The translations under genes were made by a program, and so were the position numbers. Below the pieces are notes generated by a model. That model did no database searches, was not told the DNA's origin, and saw nothing but the letters and a program-made list of their open reading frames with translations. Positions 33,813 through 46,611 of a DNA stretch of 64,000 nt are shown here, one piece after another (positions within the stretch are counted from its first letter, which is position 1; every line of letters begins with the position of its first letter). The DNA comes from Myxococcota bacterium (GTDB taxonomy: Bacteria > Myxococcota_A > Polyangia > DASYRF01), in assembly GCA_036004705.1 (NCBI GenBank), contig DASYRF010000092.1, forward strand, positions 12,374-76,373, given 5' to 3'.

Positions 33813-36224
33813 TCACAAGCAGCTGAAGAGCCCGCCGCCGACGTCGGTGCACGTCGTGCCGGGGCCGCAGGTGAAGACGACGCTCGTCGGGTCGCACGGC
33901 TCGCCCGGGTCGAGCGCGCCACTCACGCCGAGCTGGTAGGGACCGGTGCCGCCGCAGATGGCGTCGACGAACAGGAAATAGTCGCCCGCCGCCAGCGCGA
34001 TCACGATCTCGGAGGCGATGAAGCCCGGCGGCACGTTGTCGTTGCAGGCGAGCTCGCTCGACATCAAGTCGCACGTCGAGCGCAGGTAGAGCACCGTGTC
34101 GACGCTCGTGCCGCTGAGGTCGGTCGTGAAGGTCACCGTGGCGCTTCCCGGCACGTGGACGATGAAGACGTCCTCTCCGCTGGAGGCGCAGAACGACGCC
34201 GAGCACGTCCCCTCGAACGTCCCGCTGAACGAGACGATGCTGCCGGCGAAGAGCCCGCTGGGCGGGAGGTCCAGCAGCGACACGCCCGTGGTGCCGCAGA
34301 CGTTCAGCTCGGTGGCGTCGGCGGCGTACAGACAGCCCGGATCGGCGGGGTAGTCGGTGAGCGCGTCGCCGTCGTCGTCGGCGCCGTTCGCGCACGTCGC
34401 CGGCGCGATCGGGTCGGTCTCGTCGCCGTCGGCCGGGGCCGTACATCCTGGCTCGGCGGGGTAGTCGGTCACGGCGTCGCCGTCGTTGTCGGCGCCGTCG
34501 TTACACACGGCCGGCATGCAGGTGAACGCGCCCGTACCGCCCGGGTCCTGGCAGGTGTCGCCGTTGAGCGCGTCGCAGCTGAAGTTCACGACCGCCGGGT
34601 CGCACGGCGACCCCGTGACGTACACGCCCGAGACTTGTAGCTCGTACGATCCTGCCGCGCCGGCCATGCCGTCGACGAAGACGAAGTACGTGCCGGGCGC
34701 CATCGCCGGGAAGGTCAGCGTCGAGGCGGTCGTGATGAAGCCGCCGCCCTCGTTGTCGTTGCACCCCAGCTCCGAGGCGGTGCTGTCGCAGACGGTCCGC
34801 ACGTAGAGCCCCGTGTCGAACGTGGTCCCGGGACGATTCGTGGTGATCGTCACGTCGGCGGTGAAGGCCAGGTCGAACCCGTACACGGCTTCCGGCCCCG
34901 ATGGCGTGAACGACGCCGTGCAGCTCCCTTCGAAGTTGGAGACACCGGTCGTCATCCCGATGCCGCGCCCCATGGCGTCGAGCGAGTTGACCGGTACGCC
35001 GGCGATGCAGTCGTCTAGCTCCAGGACGTCGCCGGTGGCGTTGCAGCCGGGATCAGCCGGGTAGTCGGTGAAGAGGTCCGTGTCGTTGTCCAGGCCGTCA
35101 CAGCACTGCGGCGTCGACGCCGGATCGGTCTCGTCGTTGTCGTCCGGCGCCGCGCAGCCGCAGTCCCAGGGGTAGTCGGTGATGGCGTCGCCGTCGTTGT
35201 CGAACCCGTCCGAGCACTGGCCGGCGTTGCACACGAAGCCCAGCCCCGCAATGGGCTCGCTGCAGATCTGTCCGGTGGTGGAGTCGCAACGGAAGACCTG
35301 GTCGCCCGGCACGCACGTCTGGCCGGGCGCGATGATGCCGAAGGCGTGCAGGTACCAGGCCCCGGCGTCGGCGGCCGTCGACGCGTCGGCGAACAGGAAG
35401 TAGTCCCCCGCCGCCACGCTGGTCAGCTCCAGGAGGTTGCCCACGGCGCCCGTCGCGCAGTCCAGCTCCGTGCCGGAGTCGCCGCACGCCGTCTCCACGT
35501 AGATCACCGTGCTGAACGTCGTGCCGAACGTGTTCACCGACAGGAGCGACAACGTCACCGGCACGCTCAGCAGCCCCACGCCCTCCGGCCCCGCCCCGCC
35601 GCAGCTCCCCGTGAACAGCGACGGGTCGCCCGTCGCGCTCGTCCCGGTCAAGAGCCCCGTGGCCGTCATGTCCGTCACCGGCAGCAGCCCGGCGCAGTCG
35701 GGGATGTCGCTCTCCGACGGGTCCGTCGCGTCGTCGCACCCCGGGTCCGCCGGGAAATCGACGAGGGCGTCACCGTCGTTGTCGAACATGTCGTTGCACA
35801 CCGGGTCCATCGCCTCGCGCTCGTCGGTCACGCCGGCGCAGTCCGGGTCGGCGGGGAAGTCGGTCGCCCCGTCGCCGTCGTTGTCGATGCCGTCGCTGCA
35901 CTCCGGGTTCGCCTCGGATGTGTCGCTCGTGCTCGTGCATCCCGGGTCGGCCAGGTCGACCAGCCCGTCGGCGTCGTTGTCCAGCTCGTCGCCGCAGGCG
36001 GGCGCCTCGGTCTCGTCGTCGTCGGCGCCGTCCACGCAGCCCGGGTCGGCGGGGAAGTCCACGAGGGCGTCGCCGTCGTTGTCCACGCCGTCCGCGCAGG
36101 CCGGCGGGCCGCCCGCGTCCGTGCTTCCGCCGCCGCCGCTGTCGTCGTGGCGGTTCGTCGTGCAGCTCCCGCAGCCGGCGCCGCTCAGGGCCAGCGCCGC
36201 CGCCATTGCCACCGCTTTGCGCAT
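33813..36224 (-). CDS. Large modular lipoprotein A (803 aa): 8 CxDGxDNDxD-x3-D-x-P-x-DPGC modules alternating with 3 PPC-like beta-sandwich domains
   Basis: The true start is MRKAVAMAAALALSGAGC at 36224, with a GGGAGG RBS. The track ORF 33813..39515 fuses it to an out-of-frame shadow. GC3 is high. It is a paralog of the upstream gene. Confidence 0.85.
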   Translation of the reverse strand: MRKAVAMAAALALSGAGCGSCTTNRHDDSGGGGSTDAGGPPACADGVDNDGDALVDFPADPGCVDGADDDETEAPACGDELDNDADGLVDLADPGCTSTSDTSEANPECSDGIDNDGDGATDFPADPDCAGVTDEREAMDPVCNDMFDNDGDALVDFPADPGCDDATDPSESDIPDCAGLLPVTDMTATGLLTGTSATGDPSLFTGSCGGAGPEGVGLLSVPVTLSLLSVNTFGTTFSTVIYVETACGDSGTELDCATGAVGNLLELTSVAAGDYFLFADASTAADAGAWYLHAFGIIAPGQTCVPGDQVFRCDSTTGQICSEPIAGLGFVCNAGQCSDGFDNDGDAITDYPWDCGCAAPDDNDETDPASTPQCCDGLDNDTDLFTDYPADPGCNATGDVLELDDCIAGVPVNSLDAMGRGIGMTTGVSNFEGSCTASFTPSGPEAVYGFDLAFTADVTITTNRPGTTFDTGLYVRTVCDSTASELGCNDNEGGGFITTASTLTFPAMAPGTYFVFVDGMAGAAGSYELQVSGVYVTGSPCDPAVVNFSCDALNGDTCQDPGGTGAFTCMPAVCNDGADNDGDAVTDYPAEPGCTAPADGDETDPIAPATCANGADDDGDALTDYPADPGCLYAADATELNVCGTTGVSLLDLPPSGLFAGSIVSFSGTFEGTCSASFCASSGEDVFIVHVPGSATVTFTTDLSGTSVDTVLYLRSTCDLMSSELACNDNVPPGFIASEIVIALAAGDYFLFVDAICGGTGPYQLGVSGALDPGEPCDPTSVVFTCGPGTTCTDVGGGLFSCL

Positions 36225-36235
36225 CGTGCCTCCCG

Positions 36236-39508
<3,273 letters not shown>

Positions 39509-39616
39509 GGAACACTCCTTCGGCTTGCAGGCCTCGAGAACGCGGTTGCCCGGATGCTAGCGCGCCGTACGGAAGTGCGCCAGGCGGGCCCCGCCGCGGC
39601 GAGGTAGTCTGGGCGC

Positions 39617-42600
39617 GTGGCGCGGACGTTCGTCGACCGCGGCGGCACGTTCACCGACGTCGTCACGCTAGGCGACGACGGAGGCGCGACCGTGCGCAAG
39701 GTGCCCTCCGATCGCGCCGTCGTGGGCGACCTGGCCGAACGCGGCGACGCGCTGACGTTCGGCACGACCGTCGCCACCAACGCGCTCTTGACGCGTACGG
39801 GCGTGCCGGCGCTCCTGTGCGTGACGCGCGGCTTCGCCGACCTGCCGTGGCTGGGCGACGGGACGCGCCCGGACCTGTTCGACGCCGACGCGCGCTGGCC
39901 GGCGCCGCTGTGCGCGCGCGTGCTGGAGGTGGGCGGGCGGCTGGACGCGGGCGGGCGCGAGCTGGAGCCGCTGGAAGTGCCGGACCACGCCACGCTGGCC
40001 GCCGCGCTGGACGGCGTCGAGGCGGTGGCGATCGCGCTGCTGGGCAGCCACCGCAACCCGGCGCACGAGCACGCGCTCGCCGCGGCGCTGCGCGCGGCGG
40101 CGGCCCGCGCGGGGCGGACGCCGCCCTTCATCTCGCTCGGGCACCGCGCCTCGCCCGAGGTCGGCTACCTGGCGCGCGTCGAGACGGCGCTCGTCGACGC
40201 GGCCGTCACGCCGGTGCTGCGCGGCGCGCTGGCGCAGGACCGGATCCCCCCGGGCGCACTGGCGATGCGCTCGGACGGAAGCCTGTGCGCGGCGGAGGCG
40301 CTGCGCGCGCCCGACGCCGTGCTGTCGGGGCCCGCCGGGGGCGTGCTGGCGGTGGCGGCCGTGGCCGCGCAGGCGGGGTTTGCCCGCGCCGTTGGCCTCG
40401 ACATGGGCGGCACGTCGACCGACGTGTGCCGCGTGGACCTGGGCGCCGGACTCCCGCGCCGCGAGGGAGAGGTCCGGGTCGCCGGCGTGCGCCTGCGCCG
40501 CCCGATGCTCGAGGTGGAGACCATCGCGGCCGGCGGCGGGTCGATCCTCGGCGACGACGGGCTGCGCCTCACGGTGGGACCTACCTCGGCGGGCGCGCAT
40601 CCCGGGCCGCAGTGCTACGGGCGCGGTGGACCGCCCACGCTGACCGACGCCGCGCTCGTGCTCGGGCTGATCGATCCGGCCGCCTTCGACCCGCCGCTGG
40701 ATCCGGCGGCCGTGCGCCTCCCCGGCGGCGCCGAGCGCGCCGCAGAGTTCGTCGATCTGGCGCGCGAGGCGATGGCGCAGGCGGTCCGGCGTCTCGCCAC
40801 GGCGCGCGGCGTCGACGTGGCCGACCACGCCCTCGTCGCCTACGGCGGCGCGGCCGGGCAGCACGCCGCCGCCGTCGCCGCGCGTCTCGGCATCGACACT
40901 GTGCTCGTGCACCCGTGCGCCTCGGTGCTGTGCGCCTGGGGCCAGGCGTTGGCGCGCCCCGAGGAGACCGCGGTGCGCGCGCTCTGGCGGCCCCTCCTCG
41001 ACGCGTGGCCCGCGCTCGTGGCGCACTGGCGCGCGCTGGAGGCTGCGCTGCCGGCGCTCGGCGAAGTCGAGCGCACCGTCGAGCTCCGTCACGCCGGCAC
41101 GGATCACGCGCTGGAGGTTCGCGCCCCCGCCGGCGTGGGCGACGACGCGGGCACTGGCTCGGGCGCAGGCCCGGGCGCGGGCGCGGGCGCGGGCACCGGG
41201 GACGACGCCGCGGCCGTCACCGAAGGGCTCGCCGCGCTGAACGCGGCGTTCGCCGCGGAGCACCGCCTGCGCTTCGGCTTCGACCGCCCCGGCGTCCCCG
41301 TCGAGGTGGTCAACGTACGCGTGCGCGTGCGCATGCCCGCGCCCGCGCCGCCCCCGCCGCGCGCCGGCGGCGATCCCTGGGGGCTCGGCGACGCCGCCCC
41401 CGCCGGGCCGCTGCGCCTCGACGCCCCCGGCACCGCCATCTGGGTGCCGGAAGGCTGGGTCGCGCGCCGCGCCAACGGCCTGCTGCAGCTGACGCGGACG
41501 CACCCCGCGCCGGCGCCGCCGCCCGCGCGGCGAACGCCGTACGGCGTGGAGCTCTGGGGCAGCCGCTTCATGGCGGTCGCCGAGCAGGCCGGCGAGACGC
41601 TCCGCCGCCTCGCTCGCTCGGTGAACATCCGCGAGCGGCTCGACTTCTCCTGCGCCGTGTTCGACGGGCGCGGGCATCTCGTCGCCAACGCCCCGCACAT
41701 CCCCGTGCACCTCGGCGCCATGGGCGAAACGGTGCGCGACCTGCTGCGCGCGCACCCCGACCCGGCACCGGGACAGGCGTGGCTGACGAACGACCCCGCC
41801 GCCGGCGGGTCGCACCTGCCCGATCTCACGGTGGTCACCGCCGTCGCCGCGCCGGGTGCACCGCGCGTCGCGCGCTGGTTCGTGGCTTCGCGCGGCCATC
41901 ACGTGGACGTCGGCGGGCTGACGCCCGGCTCGATGCCGCCGCACTCGCGCGCGCTCGGCGACGAGGGGTTCGTGGTGCGCCAGCTTCCGCTGCTGGAGGC
42001 CGGGCGTCTGTGTGACCTGCGCGCCGCGCTCGCGGGCTGCCGCGACGTGCCCACGGTGCTCGCCGACCTGGAGGCGCAGATCGCCGCCAACGCCCACGCG
42101 GCGCGCCTGCTGGCCAGGCTCGGCGCGCCGGAGCTGATCGACGCATGGATGGAGCACCTGTGCGACGTCGCCGACGAGGCCGTGGCGGCGATGGTGACGC
42201 GGCTGGGCGCGGCGCTGGCCGCCGCCGACGCGCCGGGAGTCGCCGAGGAGACGCTCGACGCAATCCCTTTGCGGCTCGCGCTGCGCGTGGAGCCGGACAG
42301 CGCGCTCGTGGTCGACCTGAGCGGTACCGGCGGACCGCATCCCGGCAATCTCAACGCGCCCCCGGCGGTGCTCCGCGCCGCCGTGCTCTATGCGCTGCGG
42401 ACGCTCGTCGGGCGGCCCGTTCCGCTGAACGACGGCGCGCTGAGACGCGTGAAGATCGTCGCGCCGCGCCCGTCGATCGTCGCGGCGCCGCCCGGCGCCG
42501 CCGTCGCCGGCGGCAACGTGGAGACCTCGCAGCGCCTCGTGGATCTGATGCTGCGCGCGGCCGGGGCGCGCGCCGCCTCGCAGGGCACCATGAACAACCT

Positions 42601-43111
42601 CACGCTCGGAGCGCGCGACGGCGGCGACACTGGCGATCGGGGCGCGCGCGACGGGGTGCGCGGCGGCGCCGCGTGGGCGTACTACGAGACGATCGCCGGC
42701 GGCGTGGGCGCGAGCCCGGCGCTCCCCGGCGACTCCGGGCGCCAAGTGCACATGACGAACACGCGGGCCACGGACGTCGAGGTGCTGGAGGAGCGCCTTC
42801 CGCTGCGCGTGCGCCGCTTCGCCCTGCGGCGCGCGTCGGGGGGCGCCGGCGCTCACGCCGGCGGCGACGGCGTGGTGCGCGAGCTGGAGGTCACCGCGCC
42901 GGCGACGGCCGCGCTCCTGGCGACGCGCCGCGACCAGGGCGCGCCCGGCCTCGCCGGCGGCGCCGCCGGCCTGCCCGGCACCGACCACTTGGTGCGCGGC
43001 GGCGCCGCGCCGGCGCGCGCGCCCTGGGACGGCTCCCCGGCCGACCTTCAGCCCGGCGACCGCGTCGTGATCGAAACACCCGGCGGCGGCGGCTGGGGCG
43101 CCCCCCGATGA
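39617..43111 (+). CDS. Fused hydantoinase A/B family enzyme, 5-oxoprolinase (ATP-hydrolysing)-like
   Basis: The N-terminus is VDRGGTFTDVV, with DMGGTSTDV in the HyuA part. The HyuB part contains ERLDFSCAVFD, HIPVHLGAM, GGNVETSQR, HMTNTR and PGGGGWG. Length is 1164 aa. Confidence 0.9.
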   Translation: MARTFVDRGGTFTDVVTLGDDGGATVRKVPSDRAVVGDLAERGDALTFGTTVATNALLTRTGVPALLCVTRGFADLPWLGDGTRPDLFDADARWPAPLCARVLEVGGRLDAGGRELEPLEVPDHATLAAALDGVEAVAIALLGSHRNPAHEHALAAALRAAAARAGRTPPFISLGHRASPEVGYLARVETALVDAAVTPVLRGALAQDRIPPGALAMRSDGSLCAAEALRAPDAVLSGPAGGVLAVAAVAAQAGFARAVGLDMGGTSTDVCRVDLGAGLPRREGEVRVAGVRLRRPMLEVETIAAGGGSILGDDGLRLTVGPTSAGAHPGPQCYGRGGPPTLTDAALVLGLIDPAAFDPPLDPAAVRLPGGAERAAEFVDLAREAMAQAVRRLATARGVDVADHALVAYGGAAGQHAAAVAARLGIDTVLVHPCASVLCAWGQALARPEETAVRALWRPLLDAWPALVAHWRALEAALPALGEVERTVELRHAGTDHALEVRAPAGVGDDAGTGSGAGPGAGAGAGTGDDAAAVTEGLAALNAAFAAEHRLRFGFDRPGVPVEVVNVRVRVRMPAPAPPPPRAGGDPWGLGDAAPAGPLRLDAPGTAIWVPEGWVARRANGLLQLTRTHPAPAPPPARRTPYGVELWGSRFMAVAEQAGETLRRLARSVNIRERLDFSCAVFDGRGHLVANAPHIPVHLGAMGETVRDLLRAHPDPAPGQAWLTNDPAAGGSHLPDLTVVTAVAAPGAPRVARWFVASRGHHVDVGGLTPGSMPPHSRALGDEGFVVRQLPLLEAGRLCDLRAALAGCRDVPTVLADLEAQIAANAHAARLLARLGAPELIDAWMEHLCDVADEAVAAMVTRLGAALAAADAPGVAEETLDAIPLRLALRVEPDSALVVDLSGTGGPHPGNLNAPPAVLRAAVLYALRTLVGRPVPLNDGALRRVKIVAPRPSIVAAPPGAAVAGGNVETSQRLVDLMLRAAGARAASQGTMNNLTLGARDGGDTGDRGARDGVRGGAAWAYYETIAGGVGASPALPGDSGRQVHMTNTRATDVEVLEERLPLRVRRFALRRASGGAGAHAGGDGVVRELEVTAPATAALLATRRDQGAPGLAGGAAGLPGTDHLVRGGAAPARAPWDGSPADLQPGDRVVIETPGGGGWGAPR

Positions 43112-43264
43112 CACCGCCCCATCGAAACCCCGGCGGCGGGTGGGGCGCCCCCCGATGACACCGCCCCAATCGAAACGCCGGCGGCGGCTGCGGCGCCCAC
43201 CGATGACACGGCCCCAATCGAAACCCCGGCGGCGGCGGGGGCGCCCCCCCGGACGACACCTGCC
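43070..43264. repeat. Tandem repeat, 4 copies of a 48-51-bp unit, starting inside the last 14 codons of the oxoprolinase gene
   Basis: The units are 43070-43120, 43121-43168, 43169-43216 and 43217-43264. Each starts ATCGAAAC and carries CCGGCGGCGG...GGGGCGCCCCCCGATGACACCGCCCC. Confidence 0.9.
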
Positions 43265-43320
43265 TGCCCCGGACGTGCGTCGGCCGCGGCCTTCGCCCAA
43301 ACGACGGCCGCATCGAGGCG

Positions 43321-43959
43321 CTACCGCCAATCGATCTCGAAGCCCACGCGCACCGTCGGCACGCCGGAGGTCGCGCCGTGCGGCAGGGCGCGGTCCCAGT
43401 TGAAGCGCACGTCGCGCGCACCGGCCATCTCCAGCGCGCGCTGGACGAAGCCCTCGGTCGCCGCCACGTACCAACCCGCGAGCGCCTCGGGCAGACCCGC
43501 CAGCGCCGAGTCGAGGTGCCCGGCGCGCACCACCGCCGGCTCCGAGCGCGCCGGCTCGAAGTAGCGGTTGAACGCGCGCGGCAGGCGCACCGCCACGCCT
43601 TCCGGCGACGACGCCCAGATCAGCACGCGATAGATCCCGCGGATGTCCGTGTCGGCCGACTCCGTGCCCCGTGCCTTCACGAACCGCTCGGCCGGCGTTC
43701 CCTCCAGCCGCGCCGCGGCCAGCGTGAGCCGCACCAGCGGCGCGATGTCGTACATCGACCCCGCGAGGAAGATCTCCGACAGGAACGTGCGGTCGGCCGG
43801 ATCCTCCAGCGACGCCAGCAGCGCCGGCATCCCGCCGGGCGTGCGCCGCTTCACGTAGGCGATCGACGCGAGGTACACCACGCCCCGTGCGCGGAACGGG
43901 CCCTGCCCCGCCACGAACGGCAGGCGCGCGGTGGTCAGGTCGATCCGCGGCGCCGCCAT
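43321..43959 (-). CDS. Hypothetical protein, possibly the myxobacterial TIGR02265/DUF2378 paralogous family
   Basis: 212 aa with high GC3 and a soluble composition. Size and composition fit that family, but the assignment is from memory only. Confidence 0.5.
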   Translation of the reverse strand: MAAPRIDLTTARLPFVAGQGPFRARGVVYLASIAYVKRRTPGGMPALLASLEDPADRTFLSEIFLAGSMYDIAPLVRLTLAAARLEGTPAERFVKARGTESADTDIRGIYRVLIWASSPEGVAVRLPRAFNRYFEPARSEPAVVRAGHLDSALAGLPEALAGWYVAATEGFVQRALEMAGARDVRFNWDRALPHGATSGVPTVRVGFEIDWR

Positions 43960-44024
43960 CCCGGCGCAGGGTACGGCCCCCGACCCTCTCGCGCCAAGCC
44001 GCCGATCGCTGCTACAAGCGGCCC

Positions 44025-45440
44025 ATGAAGGTCGCCGTCACCGGCGGGTCCGGGCAGCTCGGCACGGTGGTCCTGCGGCGCCTCATCGCCGACCGCACCA
44101 TCAAGGAAATCGTCTCCCTCGACCTCCGCCCGCCGACCGTCGCCTCCGCCAAGGTCCGCGCCGTCGAGGCCGACATCCGCGACCCGCGCTTCGAGCGCCA
44201 CCTCGCCGGCTGCGACGCGCTCGTCCACCTCGCCTTCGTCGTCACGCGCCACCTCCCGCGCGCCGAGTACGAGGCCGTCAACGTCGGCGGCTCCAAGAAC
44301 GTCTTCCTGGCCGCCGCCGCCGCCGGCGCCCGCACGATCGTCTACGCGTCCTCCGTCGCCGCCTATGGCTCGTTCGCCGACAACCCCGTCCCGCTCGACG
44401 AGGACAGCCCGCGGCGCTTCCAGCGCGACTTCGCCTACGCCGCCTGCAAGTACCTCGTCGAGGACTTCCTCGACGCCTTCGAGCGCGAGCACCCTGACCT
44501 CGCGATCGCGCGCATGCGGCCGGCGGTGCTGGTCGGCGCGCGCATGGAGCACGGGCTCGGCCAGGCCTGGGGCCGCCGGCTGCACGTCAGCGCCGGCGGC
44601 GCGCCGATGCCGATGGTCTGGGACGAGGACGCCGCCGACGCGTTCGTCCTGGCGCTCAAGGCGCGCGCGCGCGGCGCGTTCACGCTCGTGGCCGCCGACC
44701 CGCTGCCCGACCCTGAGCTGGCCCGCGCCGGCGGCCTGCGTTACGTGCGCGTCCCGCGGCGCCTGCTGGCCGGCGCCGCGCGCCTGTCGCCGCTGCTCGC
44801 CAGGCTCGGGCTCGGCCAGCCCGTCGACCCCGCGTGGCTGGAAGGCGGCGCCGACGGCGTCTTCGTCGTCACCTGCCGGCGCGCCCTCGACGAGCTCGGC
44901 TGGCGGCCGCGCTGCCCCACGACCACCGACGTGATGCGCCGCTTCGATCGCGAAGTCCCTCATCGGCTCGACCCGCGCCTCGCCGTGTTCCTGCGCCTGA
45001 CTGCGCTCGCCGCGCGCGCCGCGCCGCCCGACCCGGAGATTCGCGGCTTCGACGCGCGCGTGCACGTGTGCCTCACCGGCCGCAATGGCGGTGATTTCAC
45101 CGTGGCGGCCCGCGACGGGCGCGTTCGCTTCTCGCCCGGCGCGCCGCGCGCGCCCACCGCCGTGCTCACGCTCCCCGCGTCGACGTTCCTCGATCTCTTG
45201 GTCGGGCGCACCGACTTCGCCGCCGCGCAGTTCACCGGGCGCATCCGCGTCGAGGGCGAAGGCATGGCCACCATGATCCTCGGTGGCATCGTCAGCCGCT
45301 TCCGCGCCGCCGCCGCCCGTCCGGGCCTCCCCGGCGCCGTCGCGCGGCGCTTGGCCGCGTGGCTCGCCGCCACCCCCGCCACCCCCGCCGTGCAGGCCTC
45401 CACGTCCGCCTCGCCCACGCCAGGAGCCGCCCCCCGATGA
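44025..45440 (+). CDS. NAD-dependent epimerase/dehydratase (SDR) fused to a C-terminal SCP2 domain
   Basis: The true start is MKVAVTGGSGQLG (Rossmann fold) at 44025. YAACK is the YxxxK motif. The C-terminus LTLPASTFLDLLVGRTDFAAAQFTGRIRVEGEGMATMIL is SCP2-like. Confidence 0.8.
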   Translation: MKVAVTGGSGQLGTVVLRRLIADRTIKEIVSLDLRPPTVASAKVRAVEADIRDPRFERHLAGCDALVHLAFVVTRHLPRAEYEAVNVGGSKNVFLAAAAAGARTIVYASSVAAYGSFADNPVPLDEDSPRRFQRDFAYAACKYLVEDFLDAFEREHPDLAIARMRPAVLVGARMEHGLGQAWGRRLHVSAGGAPMPMVWDEDAADAFVLALKARARGAFTLVAADPLPDPELARAGGLRYVRVPRRLLAGAARLSPLLARLGLGQPVDPAWLEGGADGVFVVTCRRALDELGWRPRCPTTTDVMRRFDREVPHRLDPRLAVFLRLTALAARAAPPDPEIRGFDARVHVCLTGRNGGDFTVAARDGRVRFSPGAPRAPTAVLTLPASTFLDLLVGRTDFAAAQFTGRIRVEGEGMATMILGGIVSRFRAAAARPGLPGAVARRLAAWLAATPATPAVQASTSASPTPGAAPR

Positions 45441-46507
45441 AGTTCTCGCTCTTCTTCGAGATGCAGATGGCCGACCCCACGCGCGCCAGCGAGGCGCAGA
45501 CGTTCCATGACTGCGTCGCGCAGGCGACCCTGGCCGACGAGCTCGGCTTCGACGGCATCTGGGAGGTCGAGCATCACGGCCTGTTCGAGTACTCGCACTC
45601 GTCGGCGCCGGAGGTGTTCCTGTCGTTCGTCGCGGCCCGCACCAAGCGCCTGCGGCTCGGCCACGGCGTGACGCTGCTCCCCTTCCGCTACAACCATCCC
45701 ATCCGCATCGCCGAGCGCATCGCCACGCTGGACGTGCTCAGCGGCGGACGCGTCAACTGGGGGTCCGGCAAGTCGTCCTCGCTCGTCGAGCAGGTCGCCT
45801 TCGAGAACGACGTCGCCACGCTCCACGAGCAGTGGCTCGAAGCGCTGGAAATGATCCCGCGCATGTGGTCGTCGGACGTTTTCGCCTACGAGGGGCGCTT
45901 CTTCAAGGTGGCGCCCATCCAGGTGGTGCCCAAGCCGGTGCAGCGCCCGCACCCGCCCATGTTCGCCGCGTGCTCCAAGCCGGAGAGCGCCGTGGCGGTG
46001 GGCAAGCTCGGGCTCGGCGCGCTCAACTTCGCGTTCGGGACCGACGACTACCTCGCCGACAAGGTCGCCGCGTACCGTAAGGCCGTCGCGACGGCGGCGC
46101 CGGTCGGGCGCCAGAAGAACGACCACTTCGCCTGCACGCCCGCCACGCTGGTGCTCGACGACGACCGCAAGGCCTGCGCCTACGGGCTGCGCGGCGCGCG
46201 CTTCTTCGTGGAGAGCTTGTCGCGCTACTACTTGTCAGGCACACGCCCGACCGGACGGCTCGACGTGTCGCGCGAGTTCCTGCCCGAAGACCAGCTCGAC
46301 GAGGCGATGGCCCAGCGCAACGCCGCCGGGTCGCAGGTGGCGACCATCGTCGGCGACGCCGCCGCCGCGCGCGAGTCGGTGCAGCGCTTCGCCGACATCG
46401 GCGTGGACGAGCTGATGCTGGTGATGCAGATGGGCACCGTGCCGCACGACCTGGTGATGGAGAGCATCCGCACGTTCGGCGAGAAGGTGCTGCCGCACTT
46501 CAAGTAA
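45437..46507 (+). CDS. LLM-class (luciferase-like) flavin-dependent oxidoreductase
   Basis: An ATGA overlap joins it to the previous gene. MKFSLFFEMQ, GFDGIWEVEHH and LDVLSGGRVNWGSG are present. Confidence 0.9.
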   Translation: MKFSLFFEMQMADPTRASEAQTFHDCVAQATLADELGFDGIWEVEHHGLFEYSHSSAPEVFLSFVAARTKRLRLGHGVTLLPFRYNHPIRIAERIATLDVLSGGRVNWGSGKSSSLVEQVAFENDVATLHEQWLEALEMIPRMWSSDVFAYEGRFFKVAPIQVVPKPVQRPHPPMFAACSKPESAVAVGKLGLGALNFAFGTDDYLADKVAAYRKAVATAAPVGRQKNDHFACTPATLVLDDDRKACAYGLRGARFFVESLSRYYLSGTRPTGRLDVSREFLPEDQLDEAMAQRNAAGSQVATIVGDAAAARESVQRFADIGVDELMLVMQMGTVPHDLVMESIRTFGEKVLPHFK

Positions 46508-46611
46508 GCCGCGCACGCACGGCCGGGCGACTTCAAACTTCTTCACGCCGCGCGGGCTGGCGCCTGCGACGCGGGGTGTTAGATTGGCCGGAACGCCGAG
46601 GGCGGAGGCCC

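Noticed and set aside
43112-43421. ORFs 43140..43403 (+) and 42891..43421 (-), which encode repetitive Pro/Arg peptides.
   Set aside because: They are simply translations of the 48-bp tandem repeat in non-gene frames. They have no start context and no coding-like GC3 pattern outside the repeat.
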